DNA from: Vulcanimicrobiota bacterium
GTDB lineage: Bacteria > Vulcanimicrobiota > Vulcanimicrobiia > Vulcanimicrobiales > Vulcanimicrobiaceae
Reading direction: 5' to 3'
Length of the DNA stretch: 64,000 nt
NCBI GenBank assembly: GCA_963795855.1
Contig: CAWCIZ010000003.1
Location: forward strand, 768,001 to 832,000
In this document: positions 1 to 10,923 of the stretch, in pieces
Layout of the letters: every line of letters starts with the position of its first letter
How positions within the stretch are numbered: the stretch's first letter is position 1
Position numbers and translations under genes: made by a program
The notes under the pieces: model-generated
Told to the model about the DNA's origin: nothing
Databases searched by the model: none
Seen by the model: only the letters and a program-made list of their open reading frames with translations

Positions 1-169
1 CGCGCGCCGGCGGCGTTCCCGGCGTGCGAGGCACCATGCGCGGACGATTTGCTCACCATAGAAAGACAGGTTTGGTCGAGGGCGCTGTCCGCCAAAATTT
101 CCGTTACTTTCGCCGCGTCCGCCCACGGCGCGATTCCGGTGACGAGGTATTCGGGCATTAGGACTCTCC

Positions 170-1375
170 TTACGCCATCGCACGCACCGCCCGCGCGAGG
201 CGTTCGATGCCCACGCGGATTTTTTCCGGTGTCGAGTGCGAGAAATTCAGGCGCATGCCGTCGACCACGTCGCGCTGAGGATAGAACGACACGCCGGGAA
301 CGAACGCCACTTTCTGCTCGGTAGAAATGCGCAGAAGTTCGGTCGTGTCCACATCGCGCGCGCGTGCCCACATGAACATGCCCCCTTCGGGATGATTGAA
401 CTGCACGTTCTCCGGCATGTATTCCCGAAGCGCCGCATGCATCACATCTCGCCGCTCGCCGTAGACCTGAACGATCGTAGCGAGATGGCGCTCGAACGCT
501 TCGCGCTTGGAAACGTATTGCAAAAAGATGTATTGCGCGAGCGTACCGCTTTGTAAGTCGGCGCCTTGTTTGGCGAGAATGAGTTTCTCGCGAACCTCCG
601 CGTCGTGCATGGCCAGCCAAGCGATGCGCAGGCCGGGCGCCATGATTTTGCTGCCCGTACCGCTGTAGATAACCGTTCCCTCGCGCGAAAACGACGAGAG
701 CGACGGTAGATGCGAACCGGTAAAGCGTAATTCCCCGTACGGGTCGTCTTCGACGATAGGAACGCCGAAGTGCTCGCAAATTCGCACGATACGCTCCCGG
801 CGATCGGCGGCGAGCGTTCTGCCCGTCGGATTTTGGAAATTCGGAATCAGATAGACGAACTTCGGAAGCGGCTGCGCGTGCGCGAGCACGTGTTCGAGCG
901 ACTCCGGAATCACGCCGTCTTCGTCCGTGTCGGCCGTGACGTACCGCGCTTGGTACGCGTCAAACGCCTGAATCGCACCCAAATACGACGGATTTTCCAG
1001 TACGATGTGATCGCCGGGATCGACGAGGATTTTCGCGAGCAAATCCAGGCCTTGCTGCGATCCGTTCACGATGATGACGTCGTCCGCGTCGTACGCCGTG
1101 CCGATGTGCCGCGTCAGACGTTCGGCGACCCAGGTGCGAAGTTCCGGAATCCCGTCCGTCACGCCGTATTGCAGCGCGAGCGAACCGACGTCGCGCATGA
1201 CCTCGCGCGTACACTCGGCGATTGCGTCGGTCGGGAACAGTTCGGGCGCGGGCAATCCGCCGCCAAATGATATGACGTCGGGTTGCTGAGTGACCTTGAG
1301 CATTTCACGGATGGTGGACGCGCGCATGCGCGCGGTGCGCGCCGCGAATCGAGCGGTGCGCGATACGGTTGCCAT
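170..1375 (-). CDS. PLP-dependent class I/II aminotransferase (2-aminoadipate transaminase LysN-like)
   Basis: ISFGGGLPAPELFP, NGSQQGLDL, PNFQNPTG, EDDPYGEL, GSKIMAPGLR and PEGGMF motifs. Confidence 0.85.
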   Translation of the reverse strand: MATVSRTARFAARTARMRASTIREMLKVTQQPDVISFGGGLPAPELFPTDAIAECTREVMRDVGSLALQYGVTDGIPELRTWVAERLTRHIGTAYDADDVIIVNGSQQGLDLLAKILVDPGDHIVLENPSYLGAIQAFDAYQARYVTADTDEDGVIPESLEHVLAHAQPLPKFVYLIPNFQNPTGRTLAADRRERIVRICEHFGVPIVEDDPYGELRFTGSHLPSLSSFSREGTVIYSGTGSKIMAPGLRIAWLAMHDAEVREKLILAKQGADLQSGTLAQYIFLQYVSKREAFERHLATIVQVYGERRDVMHAALREYMPENVQFNHPEGGMFMWARARDVDTTELLRISTEQKVAFVPGVSFYPQRDVVDGMRLNFSHSTPEKIRVGIERLARAVRAMA

Positions 1376-1415
1376 ACGTTAAGCGTATATTCCCCGAAAT
1401 CGGGGAGGGGCCCGC

Positions 1416-2285
1416 TTACGTGATCGTCGTCATGGGCGGCCCGCCGATCGGCGGACGCGGTCCCGCGCCCGGCGCGGCGGGCGCTGCCGGAGCCATGAAG
1501 TGCGTCTCACGCACGAACGCGAGAATCGCTGCGCCCAATCCCACGAGGCACACCAGCCCAATCACGAGGTGGCCGATCACCGGCACCATTCCCGCCGCTG
1601 CGATGACGACCAGTCCGAGAATGAGCGCCCCCACGGGCGAGGGCGTCGTATGCGGCAGCATCAGTTCGTACAAGCGCCGTCCGATCAGCATGCTCAGCGC
1701 CGCGTATCCGATAAGCGTCGCGGCAAACACCGCGAGCAGTTCGACCGGAATGAGCGGCCATCCGATGAAACTGATGAAGAGCAGCACTGCGATCGGAATG
1801 ATTGCAACGAGCGCGATGACGCCGACCGCAGCGGAAAGCCCCGGATGGTGTTCGACGCGATCGAGCGCCGCGCGAACGCGCACCGGGAAGATCAGAAACG
1901 CGACCAGCACGATGACGCTGTACGCGAGCCACGCGGTGAGGCGATGATTCTCGCGTGCGATGCCCGACCTTACTTCGAACGGCACGAACGGCACGTAGGA
2001 GCCGAAATTCCCGTCGATCTGCTTTTGTTCGCCGGCGATCTGCGCGCCCGGTTCTTTCGTAAGGGTTCCGCCTACGACCGTGACGTCGCCGTCTACCGTT
2101 CCGGCGACGTCGGCGTTGCCGCCGATCACCGTTACGTCGCCTTTCACCTCTTCGTCCGCGGGAACGACGACGTTTCGGCCGATCGCGGTGATGCCTCGGT
2201 CTATCGTGTTCGCGGATGCAACGCCGAACGACGCGAGAAGTGCGACGGCGAAAAGGCTGAAGACGAGCGGAATACGATACTTCAT
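1416..2285 (-). CDS. Membrane protein with bactofilin-like/polymer-forming beta-repeat N-terminus
   Basis: Signal peptide from MKYRIPL (ATG 2285), GDVTVIGG/GDVTVVGG repeats, several C-terminal TM helices; overlaps anti-sigma stop. Confidence 0.7.
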   Translation of the reverse strand: MKYRIPLVFSLFAVALLASFGVASANTIDRGITAIGRNVVVPADEEVKGDVTVIGGNADVAGTVDGDVTVVGGTLTKEPGAQIAGEQKQIDGNFGSYVPFVPFEVRSGIARENHRLTAWLAYSVIVLVAFLIFPVRVRAALDRVEHHPGLSAAVGVIALVAIIPIAVLLFISFIGWPLIPVELLAVFAATLIGYAALSMLIGRRLYELMLPHTTPSPVGALILGLVVIAAAGMVPVIGHLVIGLVCLVGLGAAILAFVRETHFMAPAAPAAPGAGPRPPIGGPPMTTIT

Positions 2286-2842
2286 GACGCAGACTCCGAA
2301 ACGGACACGAGCCGCGCGGCGAGGCGCGGGCGGATTACGAAATAGAGGAGCGCGAAAGCTGCAGCGATTGCGACGTCGACGACCAGAACGCCCACGCCGA
2401 ACACCGCGAGCGTGGGAGCCAGCGGTGCGACGCCGTGCGAAAAACTTTCCGACATGGCGTCCGAGAAGAATCCCAGGCGTGCCAGTGCGCCGGAAATGGC
2501 GCCGGCAACTGCGGCAGGAGGGGTTCCCGTCACAGCCATGGCGAGAACGGTCGCGACCCATGCGGCCGCGGAATACAGCACCAAAAAACTCCACACGGGA
2601 TGTTGCCGGGCACGCGGAGCCGGGCGCGAGCGCGCTTCAGCCATCACGGCGAACGTGAAATTTTCCGCAAGTTCGAACGTGCGCGTCGTGGCGAGCAAAC
2701 CGTCCACCACCTTGAGTTCTTCGAGCAATCCTCGGCATGACGCGCAGGTCTTGAGATGCGCGGTGATTGCAATCATCGCACGCGGGGGCAGCGTGCCTTC
2801 GACGTACCGGTCGAGCAGCGGCTCACAGGACGAGCAGCGCAT
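2282..2842 (-). CDS. Zinc-binding anti-sigma factor (zf-HC2/ZAS) with TM helices
   Basis: MRCSSCE...HLKTCASC (HxxxCxxC) then hydrophobic segments, directly downstream of ECF sigma. Confidence 0.85.
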   Translation of the reverse strand: MRCSSCEPLLDRYVEGTLPPRAMIAITAHLKTCASCRGLLEELKVVDGLLATTRTFELAENFTFAVMAEARSRPAPRARQHPVWSFLVLYSAAAWVATVLAMAVTGTPPAAVAGAISGALARLGFFSDAMSESFSHGVAPLAPTLAVFGVGVLVVDVAIAAAFALLYFVIRPRLAARLVSVSESAS

Positions 2843-3459
2843 TGTGCCCTCCTTTCTCGGCACGCCTCGCCGGAGCGCCGACGCTCGTCGTGTTCGCGCA
2901 TCTTTTGCGCGAGCGCGATCTTGCCGCGGTGAATCAGCGTTTTCACGTTGCCCAACGAAAGGCCGAGCGTGCTCGCGATCGTGTGATATTCCATGTTGTT
3001 GTAGTAGCGCAGCGTCAGCACGGTCCGCGTCCGTTCCGGAAGGTCGGCAAGCGCTTCCCGCAGCTCGCGCTCCGCTTCGTCGCGAAGGATCCCGCTTGCC
3101 GGATCGCAGTCGCGCGAGAGATCCGGGAGCGCATTTTCGAGTGTTTGATCTTCCGGCAGTTCTTGCGTCGGCACGCGGCGCTGCGATTTGCCCAGATGCG
3201 TGCGGACGACGTTGCGCGCGATTTGGTAGATCCAGGTGGAGAACTTGCCGAGCGCGGGATTGAACGTGTCCAAGTGCGCGTATGCCCGCAGGAACGTTTC
3301 CTGTGAGAGGTCGGCGACGTCCGACGGACTGCGGACTCCGGCGCTGATGAAACTTGCGATTCCACGTTTGTAACGGTCTACCAAGACGGAGAAGAGCTCG
3401 CGCTCGCCGTTACGGACCTGCCGCACCAGAGCCTCGTCGCTCTGCTCTCCGATCTCCAT
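2773..3459 (-). CDS. ECF RNA polymerase sigma factor (SigW-like)
   Basis: DLSQETFLRAY, FSTWIYQIARN, region 4 IASTLGLSLGNVKTLIHRG; GAGGAG SD; C-terminal tail may be extended by an indel. Confidence 0.9.
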   Translation of the reverse strand: MEIGEQSDEALVRQVRNGERELFSVLVDRYKRGIASFISAGVRSPSDVADLSQETFLRAYAHLDTFNPALGKFSTWIYQIARNVVRTHLGKSQRRVPTQELPEDQTLENALPDLSRDCDPASGILRDEAERELREALADLPERTRTVLTLRYYNNMEYHTIASTLGLSLGNVKTLIHRGKIALAQKMREHDERRRSGEACRERRAQCAARPVSRCSTGTSKARCPRVR

Positions 3460-3535
3460 GCTCCTCTAGATTCGGGTTCTTGCGGCGTTCTACCGCCGGG
3501 AGAGGCGTTTGTTACAGGGCGGCCAAGGAAGGGGC

Positions 3536-4410
3536 GTGCCTGCGCTACACCGCGTGCTCATTTTTGGCGGCTCCGGCCAACTCGGCGGCGAGATTCGCCG
3601 GCTCTGGAAAGACCTCGAACTCATCAGTCCCTCGCATGACGAGGTCGACATTACGGACGCCGCGACGGTTGCGGCGGCGATCGCCCGCCATGCCGCCCGA
3701 CGCGGTCGTAAACTGCGCGGCCTTTCACAACGTCGAGCGCTGCGAGGCCGAACCGCAGAGCGCGTTTGCGATCAACGCAATCGCGGTCAACGCCATGGCG
3801 GAGGCATGCGCCGAGCGCGGCACGCCGCTGGTCACGCTCAGCACCGACTACGTATTCGACGGCGAACTCGGCCGCCCGTATACCGAAGCGGAGCGACCGC
3901 GGCCGGTCAGCGTGTACGGCGCCTCGAAGTACGCAGGTGAACTCCTCACGCTTCGTCTGCAGTCGGCCGCGTACGTCGTGCGCACGTGCGGCGTCTATGC
4001 CACGCGCGCGAGCACCAGCAAAGGGTACACGTTCATCGATCGCATCATCGCGCAGGCGCAAGCCGGAGAACCGCTGCGCATCGTTCGCGATCAAACCGTA
4101 TCGCCGACCTATGCGCCGCATCTCGCGGAAGCATTGCTGCGTCTGCTGCAATCGGGCGCGCCCTACGGCGTGTATCACATGGTGAACGAAGGCGCGGTGA
4201 CGTGGTACGACTACGCGCGCGAAGCGTTGCGAATCGCGGGTATAGCGGATGCGGTCGAACCCGTCAGCTACACGGAGTGGCCGTCGAAAGTCCGCCGCCC
4301 GCCGTTTTCAGCGCTCGAGAACGCGAAGCTGCACGACGCTCGGGATACGCTTACCGTCGTGGCGCGAGGGCGTCGCAGCGTATATGCTCGATCGTCTTAC
4401 ACGTCCGTAA
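3536..4410 (+). CDS. rfbD: dTDP-4-dehydrorhamnose reductase (two apparent frameshifts, ~3690 and ~4338)
   Basis: VLIFGGSGQLG in one frame; VVNCAA, STDYVFDG, YGASK, DQTVSPT in a second; LPSWREG...TAA in a third. Confidence 0.85.
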
Positions 4411-5683
4411 GCGGAACGGCGAGCACCGCTTGGCCGTTCGCGAAGAACATCGTGTCGCCGACAATCACCGGCGGCGAAGTGGAAAACGGCTGCAGATACG
4501 AGATCGTGTGCAGGATGCGTCCGGTTTTCCGGTCGATGCGGTAGAAGACGCCCGCCGTATCACCGAAATACACCACGTCGCCTTTGACGACGGACTCATC
4601 TTCACGTTTCCGGACGTGTGCACGGTCCACAGGAGTTTGCCGGTTCGCTCGTTCAGCGCGATAACGCGCGTGAGCGTTGCCGATCGGCTGATACAGCACG
4701 TCGCGATCGGAAACGCCGGCGATCTGGCGTTCTTGTGAAGCGACATACGTATACGGTCCCGGCGGCGCTTCATACGTCCAGCGCGTCTTCCCGCTGCGTT
4801 CGTCTATTGCGGCGACCGTAATCTGTCCGCCGGTGTGAAAGCGCGGATCTTCATCGCGCGAAGCGTTCACGAACACCATACCGCCGTCGACCGTGGGCGC
4901 GCAGTCGCTGCCGCCGTATCGATTCGTCCACCGCGTCTCCCCGTCGCGCACGTCGATGGCGCGCGTCTCGCACGTGTACGGCGCGTTATGGCACGAACTC
5001 GTGAATGCGACGCCGTCGACGACGTTCATCGACGCCATCGTCGGAACGCCGGGCAAAGGCGCGGTCCAGCGCGTCTTTCCGGTAGCAAGATCGAATGCGT
5101 AGGTGTGAAGATCGCCGTTTGCGAGGATCGCCGTGTCGCCGGCTATCGCGGGCGAGGGCATGTTCTCGCCCACCGTATGCACTTTCCAGAGCAAGTGTCC
5201 GTCCGCGGTCGAGAAGGCATACACGTCGTCGCCTTCCGGCCGTCCCCATACTTGCGAGATGTAATCGTCGGGTTTCAGGAAGCCGTCCTTGCCGCTGCCG
5301 ACGATCACGATGCCTTTTCCGACCACCGGCGTAGACATCAGGATGTTGTCCGCAACGGCGCTCCAGCGAACGACGCCGGTCCGCTCGTCCATCGCATAGA
5401 GTTTTTTGTCGAAACTCACCGCGTAAACGACGCCGCCCGTCACCGCGAGGCCGCCGTTGATCTTTCCTCCCAGCACCGTCGTCCATTGAACGCGAAGGCC
5501 GGGGCTCGCGAACACCGCGTTGTGCGTCGGATAGCGCTGGTACATCGGCCATCCGTCGTCCTGGACGGCCGGCGGCTGCAGCGCCGACGGCTCCGCGTGG
5601 GGCGTGCGCAGAAGCAGAACGGCGGCGACCGCTGCGGCCAGCGCGGTCACTACAAAAGGAAGTCCAGGCGGCCGGCGTTTCAT
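4397..5683 (-). CDS. Secreted PQQ-like beta-propeller repeat protein (BamB-like); compensating indels ~4595-4670
   Basis: N-terminal hydrophobic anchor, repeated A(M/F/I)D..TG...W motifs; one repeat lies in an alternative frame. Confidence 0.8.
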   Translation of the reverse strand: MKRRPPGLPFVVTALAAAVAAVLLLRTPHAEPSALQPPAVQDDGWPMYQRYPTHNAVFASPGLRVQWTTVLGGKINGGLAVTGGVVYAVSFDKKLYAMDERTGVVRWSAVADNILMSTPVVGKGIVIVGSGKDGFLKPDDYISQVWGRPEGDDVYAFSTADGHLLWKVHTVGENMPSPAIAGDTAILANGDLHTYAFDLATGKTRWTAPLPGVPTMASMNVVDGVAFTSSCHNAPYTCETRAIDVRDGETRWTNRYGGSDCAPTVDGGMVFVNASRDEDPRFHTGGQITVAAIDERSGKTRWTYEAPPGPYTYVASQERQIAGVSDRDVLYQPIGNAHARYRAERANRQTPVDRAHVRKREDESVVKGDVVYFGDTAGVFYRIDRKTGRILHTISYLQPFSTSPPVIVGDTMFFANGQAVLAVPLTDV

Positions 5684-5726
5684 GGGGCGATTATTCGCTT
5701 GAGGAGAAACGGGTGCATTCCCGTAA

Positions 5727-7322
5727 ATGAAGCGAGATATGGAATTGCACATCGACGGGAGGCTGGTAGAAACCGCACGCGAGCTGGCGGGCGCTATCGC
5801 TGCCCCCGTGAACGACTTCATCGCCGCTCATTCGACCGTTTCCGTCGAGCGCGCCGTGCTGCGTCTGCTTGGCGTGGACGGCGTTGGCGGCGAGGACGTG
5901 CCGGTTCCGAATCTGATCGTCGACGCGCTCGACGACGCGAATCGCGCGCGGGGAGCCGCCGTCGCGTTCGGCCGCGGGCTCGCGCAAACCGGTCTCTCTC
6001 CGGCCGAGCTCGGCGTGGAAATCGCGTCGGGAGCTTTGCAACTGTCCACGTTTTCCGGCGTTCCCGAAGAAGCGGCGCGCGAGATCGTGCGGCGTTACGC
6101 GCGGCGCGCGCTCGATCGAATTGGGGAACGGCGCGAGGAGCGGCGCGAGCTGTTGGCTCGCCTCGCGCAAGAGCCGGCGCCGCTGCTCTACGTCATCGTT
6201 GCAAGCGGCAACATCTACGAAGATCGCACGGCTGCCGTTGCGGCGGCCGAAGCCGGCGCGCAAGTTATCGCGGTGATCCGTTCGACCGGGCAATCGCTGC
6301 TGGACTTTGTTCCGTTCGGTCCGACGACCGAAGGCTTCGGCGGCACGTATGCGACGCAGGCCAACTTCAAGATCGTGCGCGAGGCTTTGGACGAGGCCTC
6401 CGAGCGGCTCGGCCGCTACGTGATGCTCACGAACTACGCAAGCGGTCTGTGCATGCCGGAGATCGCGACGATGGCGGCGATGGAGCGCCTCGACATGCTG
6501 CTGAACGACTCGATGTACGGCATCCTGTTCCGCGACATCAACATGAAGCGCACGTTCATCGATCAGCACTTCAGCCGCATGCTCAACGCCTATTCCGGCA
6601 TCATCATCAACACCGGCGAAGATAACTATCTCACTACCGCCGATGCGGTGGAACAAGCGCCGGCCGTGCTCGCCTCGCAGTTCATCAACGAAGAATTCGC
6701 GCATCGCGCGGGTATGCCGGACGAGCAGATCGGCCTCGGCGACGCGTACGAAATCAATCCGGATTTGCAGGACGGCTTTCTGTACCAAGTCGCGCAGGCG
6801 CAGCTCGCGCGTCAGATTTTCCCCAACGCGCCGCTCAAGTACATGCCGCCGACCAAACACATGACCGGCGACATTTTCAAAGGGCATCTGATCGACGCGA
6901 TGTTCAATCTGACGTCCGTGATGACGCGCCAGACGATTCATCTATGCGGCATGCTCACCGAAGCGATTCATACGCCGTTTATCGGCGATCGCGCGCTCTC
7001 GATCGAAAATGCGCGCTACATCATGAACACGGCGCGGCATTTCGGCGACGAAATCGCGTTCAAGCCGGGCGGCATCATCGAACGGCGCGCGCAGAGCGTT
7101 TTAGCCGACGCCGAAAAACTGCTGCGGCGGGTTGCGGATCAAGGATTGATGAACGCGATCGAAGCGGGTCTCTTCGCGGACGTTTCGCGCTCGCCGGACG
7201 GCGGACGCGGCTTCGACGGCGTGTTCGAGCGCGCGCCGCAGTATTGGAATCCGTTCGAAGAAGAATTGCAACTCGAGCCTCAGGCGCCCAAGGGGAGTGC
7301 ACATGTTACAACGCGTGCTTAG
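5727..7322 (+). CDS. kamD: Lysine 5,6-aminomutase alpha subunit
   Basis: YVIVASGNIYED, AVIRSTGQSLLDFVP, GGTYATQANF, NYASGLCMPEIA, INTGEDNYL, KYMPPTK. Confidence 0.92.
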   Translation: MKRDMELHIDGRLVETARELAGAIAAPVNDFIAAHSTVSVERAVLRLLGVDGVGGEDVPVPNLIVDALDDANRARGAAVAFGRGLAQTGLSPAELGVEIASGALQLSTFSGVPEEAAREIVRRYARRALDRIGERREERRELLARLAQEPAPLLYVIVASGNIYEDRTAAVAAAEAGAQVIAVIRSTGQSLLDFVPFGPTTEGFGGTYATQANFKIVREALDEASERLGRYVMLTNYASGLCMPEIATMAAMERLDMLLNDSMYGILFRDINMKRTFIDQHFSRMLNAYSGIIINTGEDNYLTTADAVEQAPAVLASQFINEEFAHRAGMPDEQIGLGDAYEINPDLQDGFLYQVAQAQLARQIFPNAPLKYMPPTKHMTGDIFKGHLIDAMFNLTSVMTRQTIHLCGMLTEAIHTPFIGDRALSIENARYIMNTARHFGDEIAFKPGGIIERRAQSVLADAEKLLRRVADQGLMNAIEAGLFADVSRSPDGGRGFDGVFERAPQYWNPFEEELQLEPQAPKGSAHVTTRA

Positions 7323-7337
7323 GCGCCATGAAGAGAA

Positions 7338-7391
7338 GGGGGCCCCGCAGCGCGGGGGCCGCGCAGTCCAGGACGGAGCGCCTTTAGAATG
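7338..7391 (+). repeat. ~54-nt leader repeat, copy 1 (ends at kamE ATG)
   Basis: GGGGGCCCC-N7-GGGGGC...AGCGCCTTT..AATG, near-identical to 9886-9939. Confidence 0.65.
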
Positions 7392-8123
7392 ACGCAGCTC
7401 GTCAAGCCCTACGGCGATACGATGAACGACGGCAAAGTGCAGCTCTCGTTCACACTGCCGGTGCAGTGGAGCGAAGCCGCCGACGAAGCCGCGCGGCAGT
7501 TGGCGGTAAAGATAGGCTTCACCGACGTTCAAGTCGTCGAAGGCCGGCCCATCGCATCCGGATTTTCATTTTTCGTCGTTTACGGCAGCACGCCGCACGC
7601 GCTCGACTTTTCGACGATCTCCGCTCCGTCGGCGAAGACGCACGCGATGTCGATGGAGGAAGTCGATGCGTTCGTCGCCGAGCGCATCGGGCGTAAACTC
7701 CGCGTCGCCGGCGCGTGCATTGGTACGGACGCGCATACCGTGGGTATCGATGCAATCCTGAACATGAAGGGCTACAAAGGCGACTACGGGCTCGAACGCT
7801 ACAAGATGTTCGAAACGTATAATCTGGGCAGTCAGGTGTCGGTCGAGGAACTCGTGCGATTTGCGAAAGAAAAACGGATCGACGCGCTGCTGGCTTCGCA
7901 GGTCGTCACGCAGAAAGGCAGCGACGTGAAAAACTTCACGGCGCTCGTCGAATTGCTCGAAGCCGAAGGTTTGCGCGATCGCATCGTGCTGTGCTGCGGC
8001 GGCCCGCGCGTGACGAACTTGATGGCGACGGAACTCGGTTATGATGCCGGTTTCGGACGCGGAACCGTCCCGAGCGAAGTTGCGGCGTTCATCGCGACGC
8101 GCATAGCCGCGCCGGCGCACTGA
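7389..8123 (+). CDS. kamE: Lysine 5,6-aminomutase beta subunit (cobalamin-binding)
   Basis: KPYGDTMNDGKVQLSFTLP dimerisation domain; DAHTVG (DxHxxG) B12 motif; NMKG PLP lysine. Confidence 0.92.
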   Translation: MTQLVKPYGDTMNDGKVQLSFTLPVQWSEAADEAARQLAVKIGFTDVQVVEGRPIASGFSFFVVYGSTPHALDFSTISAPSAKTHAMSMEEVDAFVAERIGRKLRVAGACIGTDAHTVGIDAILNMKGYKGDYGLERYKMFETYNLGSQVSVEELVRFAKEKRIDALLASQVVTQKGSDVKNFTALVELLEAEGLRDRIVLCCGGPRVTNLMATELGYDAGFGRGTVPSEVAAFIATRIAAPAH

Positions 8124-8125
8124 AC

Positions 8126-9121
8126 GTGGGCGATCGGCGCAGCGTTCTGATCACCGGCGCGTCCGGCTTCATCGGATCGCACTTGACGGACGCGTATCTT
8201 GCGCAAGGCTGGATCGTGATCGGCCTCGACAATTTCGTTACGGGAAATCGCGCAAATTTGGCCGATGCATTCCGCTCGCCGCATTTTCGGTTGTTCGAGC
8301 GCGACGTCACGCAGCCGCCGCGCACCCTCATCGACGAAATCGCTCGCGATTGCGGCGCTCCGGACCTCGTCTTGCATTTTGCCTCACCCGCAAGCCCGGT
8401 CGACTACGCGCAGTTGCCGCTCGAAACGCTGGACGTCAACAGCAAGGGCACCGAGTTCTGCGCGCGCGCCGCGCTGGAATGGAATGCTCGTCTGCTCTAT
8501 GCCTCGACCTCGGAAGCCTACGGCGATCCGCTCGAGCACCCGCAGCGCGAAACGTATTGGGGACACGTCAATCCCGTCGGCCCCCGTTCGTGTTACGACG
8601 AGTCCAAACGCTTCGGCGAGGCGCTCGTCATGGCGTTCGTGCGTTCGCGCGGCCTCGACGCGCGCATCATCCGCATCTTCAACACATACGGCCCGCGGAT
8701 GCGCTCGGACGACGGACGGGTCGTTCCGAATTTTATTCTGCAGGCGCTGCGCGAGCAGCCGCTGACCATTTACGGCGACGGCTCCCAAACGCGCTCGTTT
8801 TGCTACGTGGACGACTTGGTGGCGGGAATCATGGCGTGCGCTGCCTGCGGCGGGGCGCGAGGCCGCGTGGTGAATCTGGGAAATCCCGAAGAGTACCCGA
8901 TTCGGGAGTTCGCGCGCATCGTCGCGCAAATTGCGAACGCGGAGTTGCGCACGGAATCCAAACCGATGCCGCCGGACGACCCGACGCGCCGTTGTCCGGA
9001 CATCGCGGTTGCTCGGCAACTGCTCGACTGGGAGCCGAAAGTACCACTGCGCGAAGGGCTGCGCCGCACGATCGAGCAGATGCGGGCCGCGCTCTGCCAG
9101 GCGGAAGCGCGCCTGACGTAA
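8126..9121 (+). CDS. UDP-glucuronate decarboxylase-like NAD-dependent epimerase/dehydratase
   Basis: GASGFIG, HFASPASP, STSEAYGDP, PRSCYDESKR, RIFNTYGP, DDPTRRCPDI. Confidence 0.88.
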   Translation: MGDRRSVLITGASGFIGSHLTDAYLAQGWIVIGLDNFVTGNRANLADAFRSPHFRLFERDVTQPPRTLIDEIARDCGAPDLVLHFASPASPVDYAQLPLETLDVNSKGTEFCARAALEWNARLLYASTSEAYGDPLEHPQRETYWGHVNPVGPRSCYDESKRFGEALVMAFVRSRGLDARIIRIFNTYGPRMRSDDGRVVPNFILQALREQPLTIYGDGSQTRSFCYVDDLVAGIMACAACGGARGRVVNLGNPEEYPIREFARIVAQIANAELRTESKPMPPDDPTRRCPDIAVARQLLDWEPKVPLREGLRRTIEQMRAALCQAEARLT

Positions 9122-9137
9122 GCGAAGAAACCGCTCC

Positions 9138-9810
9138 ATGCTGCCAGAGTCTGCTGGCGTGGTTTACCGGGAAAGAGCCGAACCGCCGCAAGTACCCGCG
9201 CAAGCGGAAACCGTACAGAGCGACGTTTTCGATCGATGCCGGTGCGACCCAAAAGCCGGCCATCGGACTCGACATCAGCGGCGGAGGGTTGTGCGTGCTT
9301 ACGCAAGAGCCCGTCGGAAAAGCTGAATTCGAAATACGGGCGACCATAGAATCGCGCGTGGTTCGCGTGCGCGCGAAGTCGGTCTGGCAAGACACCGTCA
9401 CGCATCAAGGCAAGTCGGTGTGGCGGTACGGCATGCGGTTCACCGGAATCTCCGCCGACGATTGGGACGCAATCATCCGCTATACCACCGACAAACCGAT
9501 CGAAGAGTCGAACAAAGCGCAGGAAGAGTTGACGACGGTGCGCATGACGCCGGACGACGCGAACCGGCTCCTTCCGACGCGGCTGCAGCAGCGCTTGCTG
9601 CAAATGCTCGTGCAGCGCCGGCGGCTTGCTCCGCTCAAGGAAAATCAAACGCCGCTCGTGCAATACTTTTACTCCGGCGTGACACGGCACGAAGGCAAGT
9701 TGGTGCACCGCCTCACGATTCAGTCCAAGGTCGTGGGCATGGAAGGCGACGAGATGTTCGAAACGCGTTTCATGTTCGACGACGGCGGCGAAAACATCAG
9801 TATTTACTAA
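9138..9810 (+). CDS. PilZ-domain (c-di-GMP-binding) protein with C-terminal extension; indel just after start
   Basis: RRKYPR (RxxxR) and DISGGG (DxSxxG); ATG at 9138 is one base out of frame. Confidence 0.75.
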
Positions 9811-9858
9811 TTATTCGATGCTGATCATTGCGGTGCCCTCGGGGAACGCTCATGCTAG

Positions 9859-10914
<1,056 letters not shown>

Positions 10915-10923
10915 GCACGGGCG

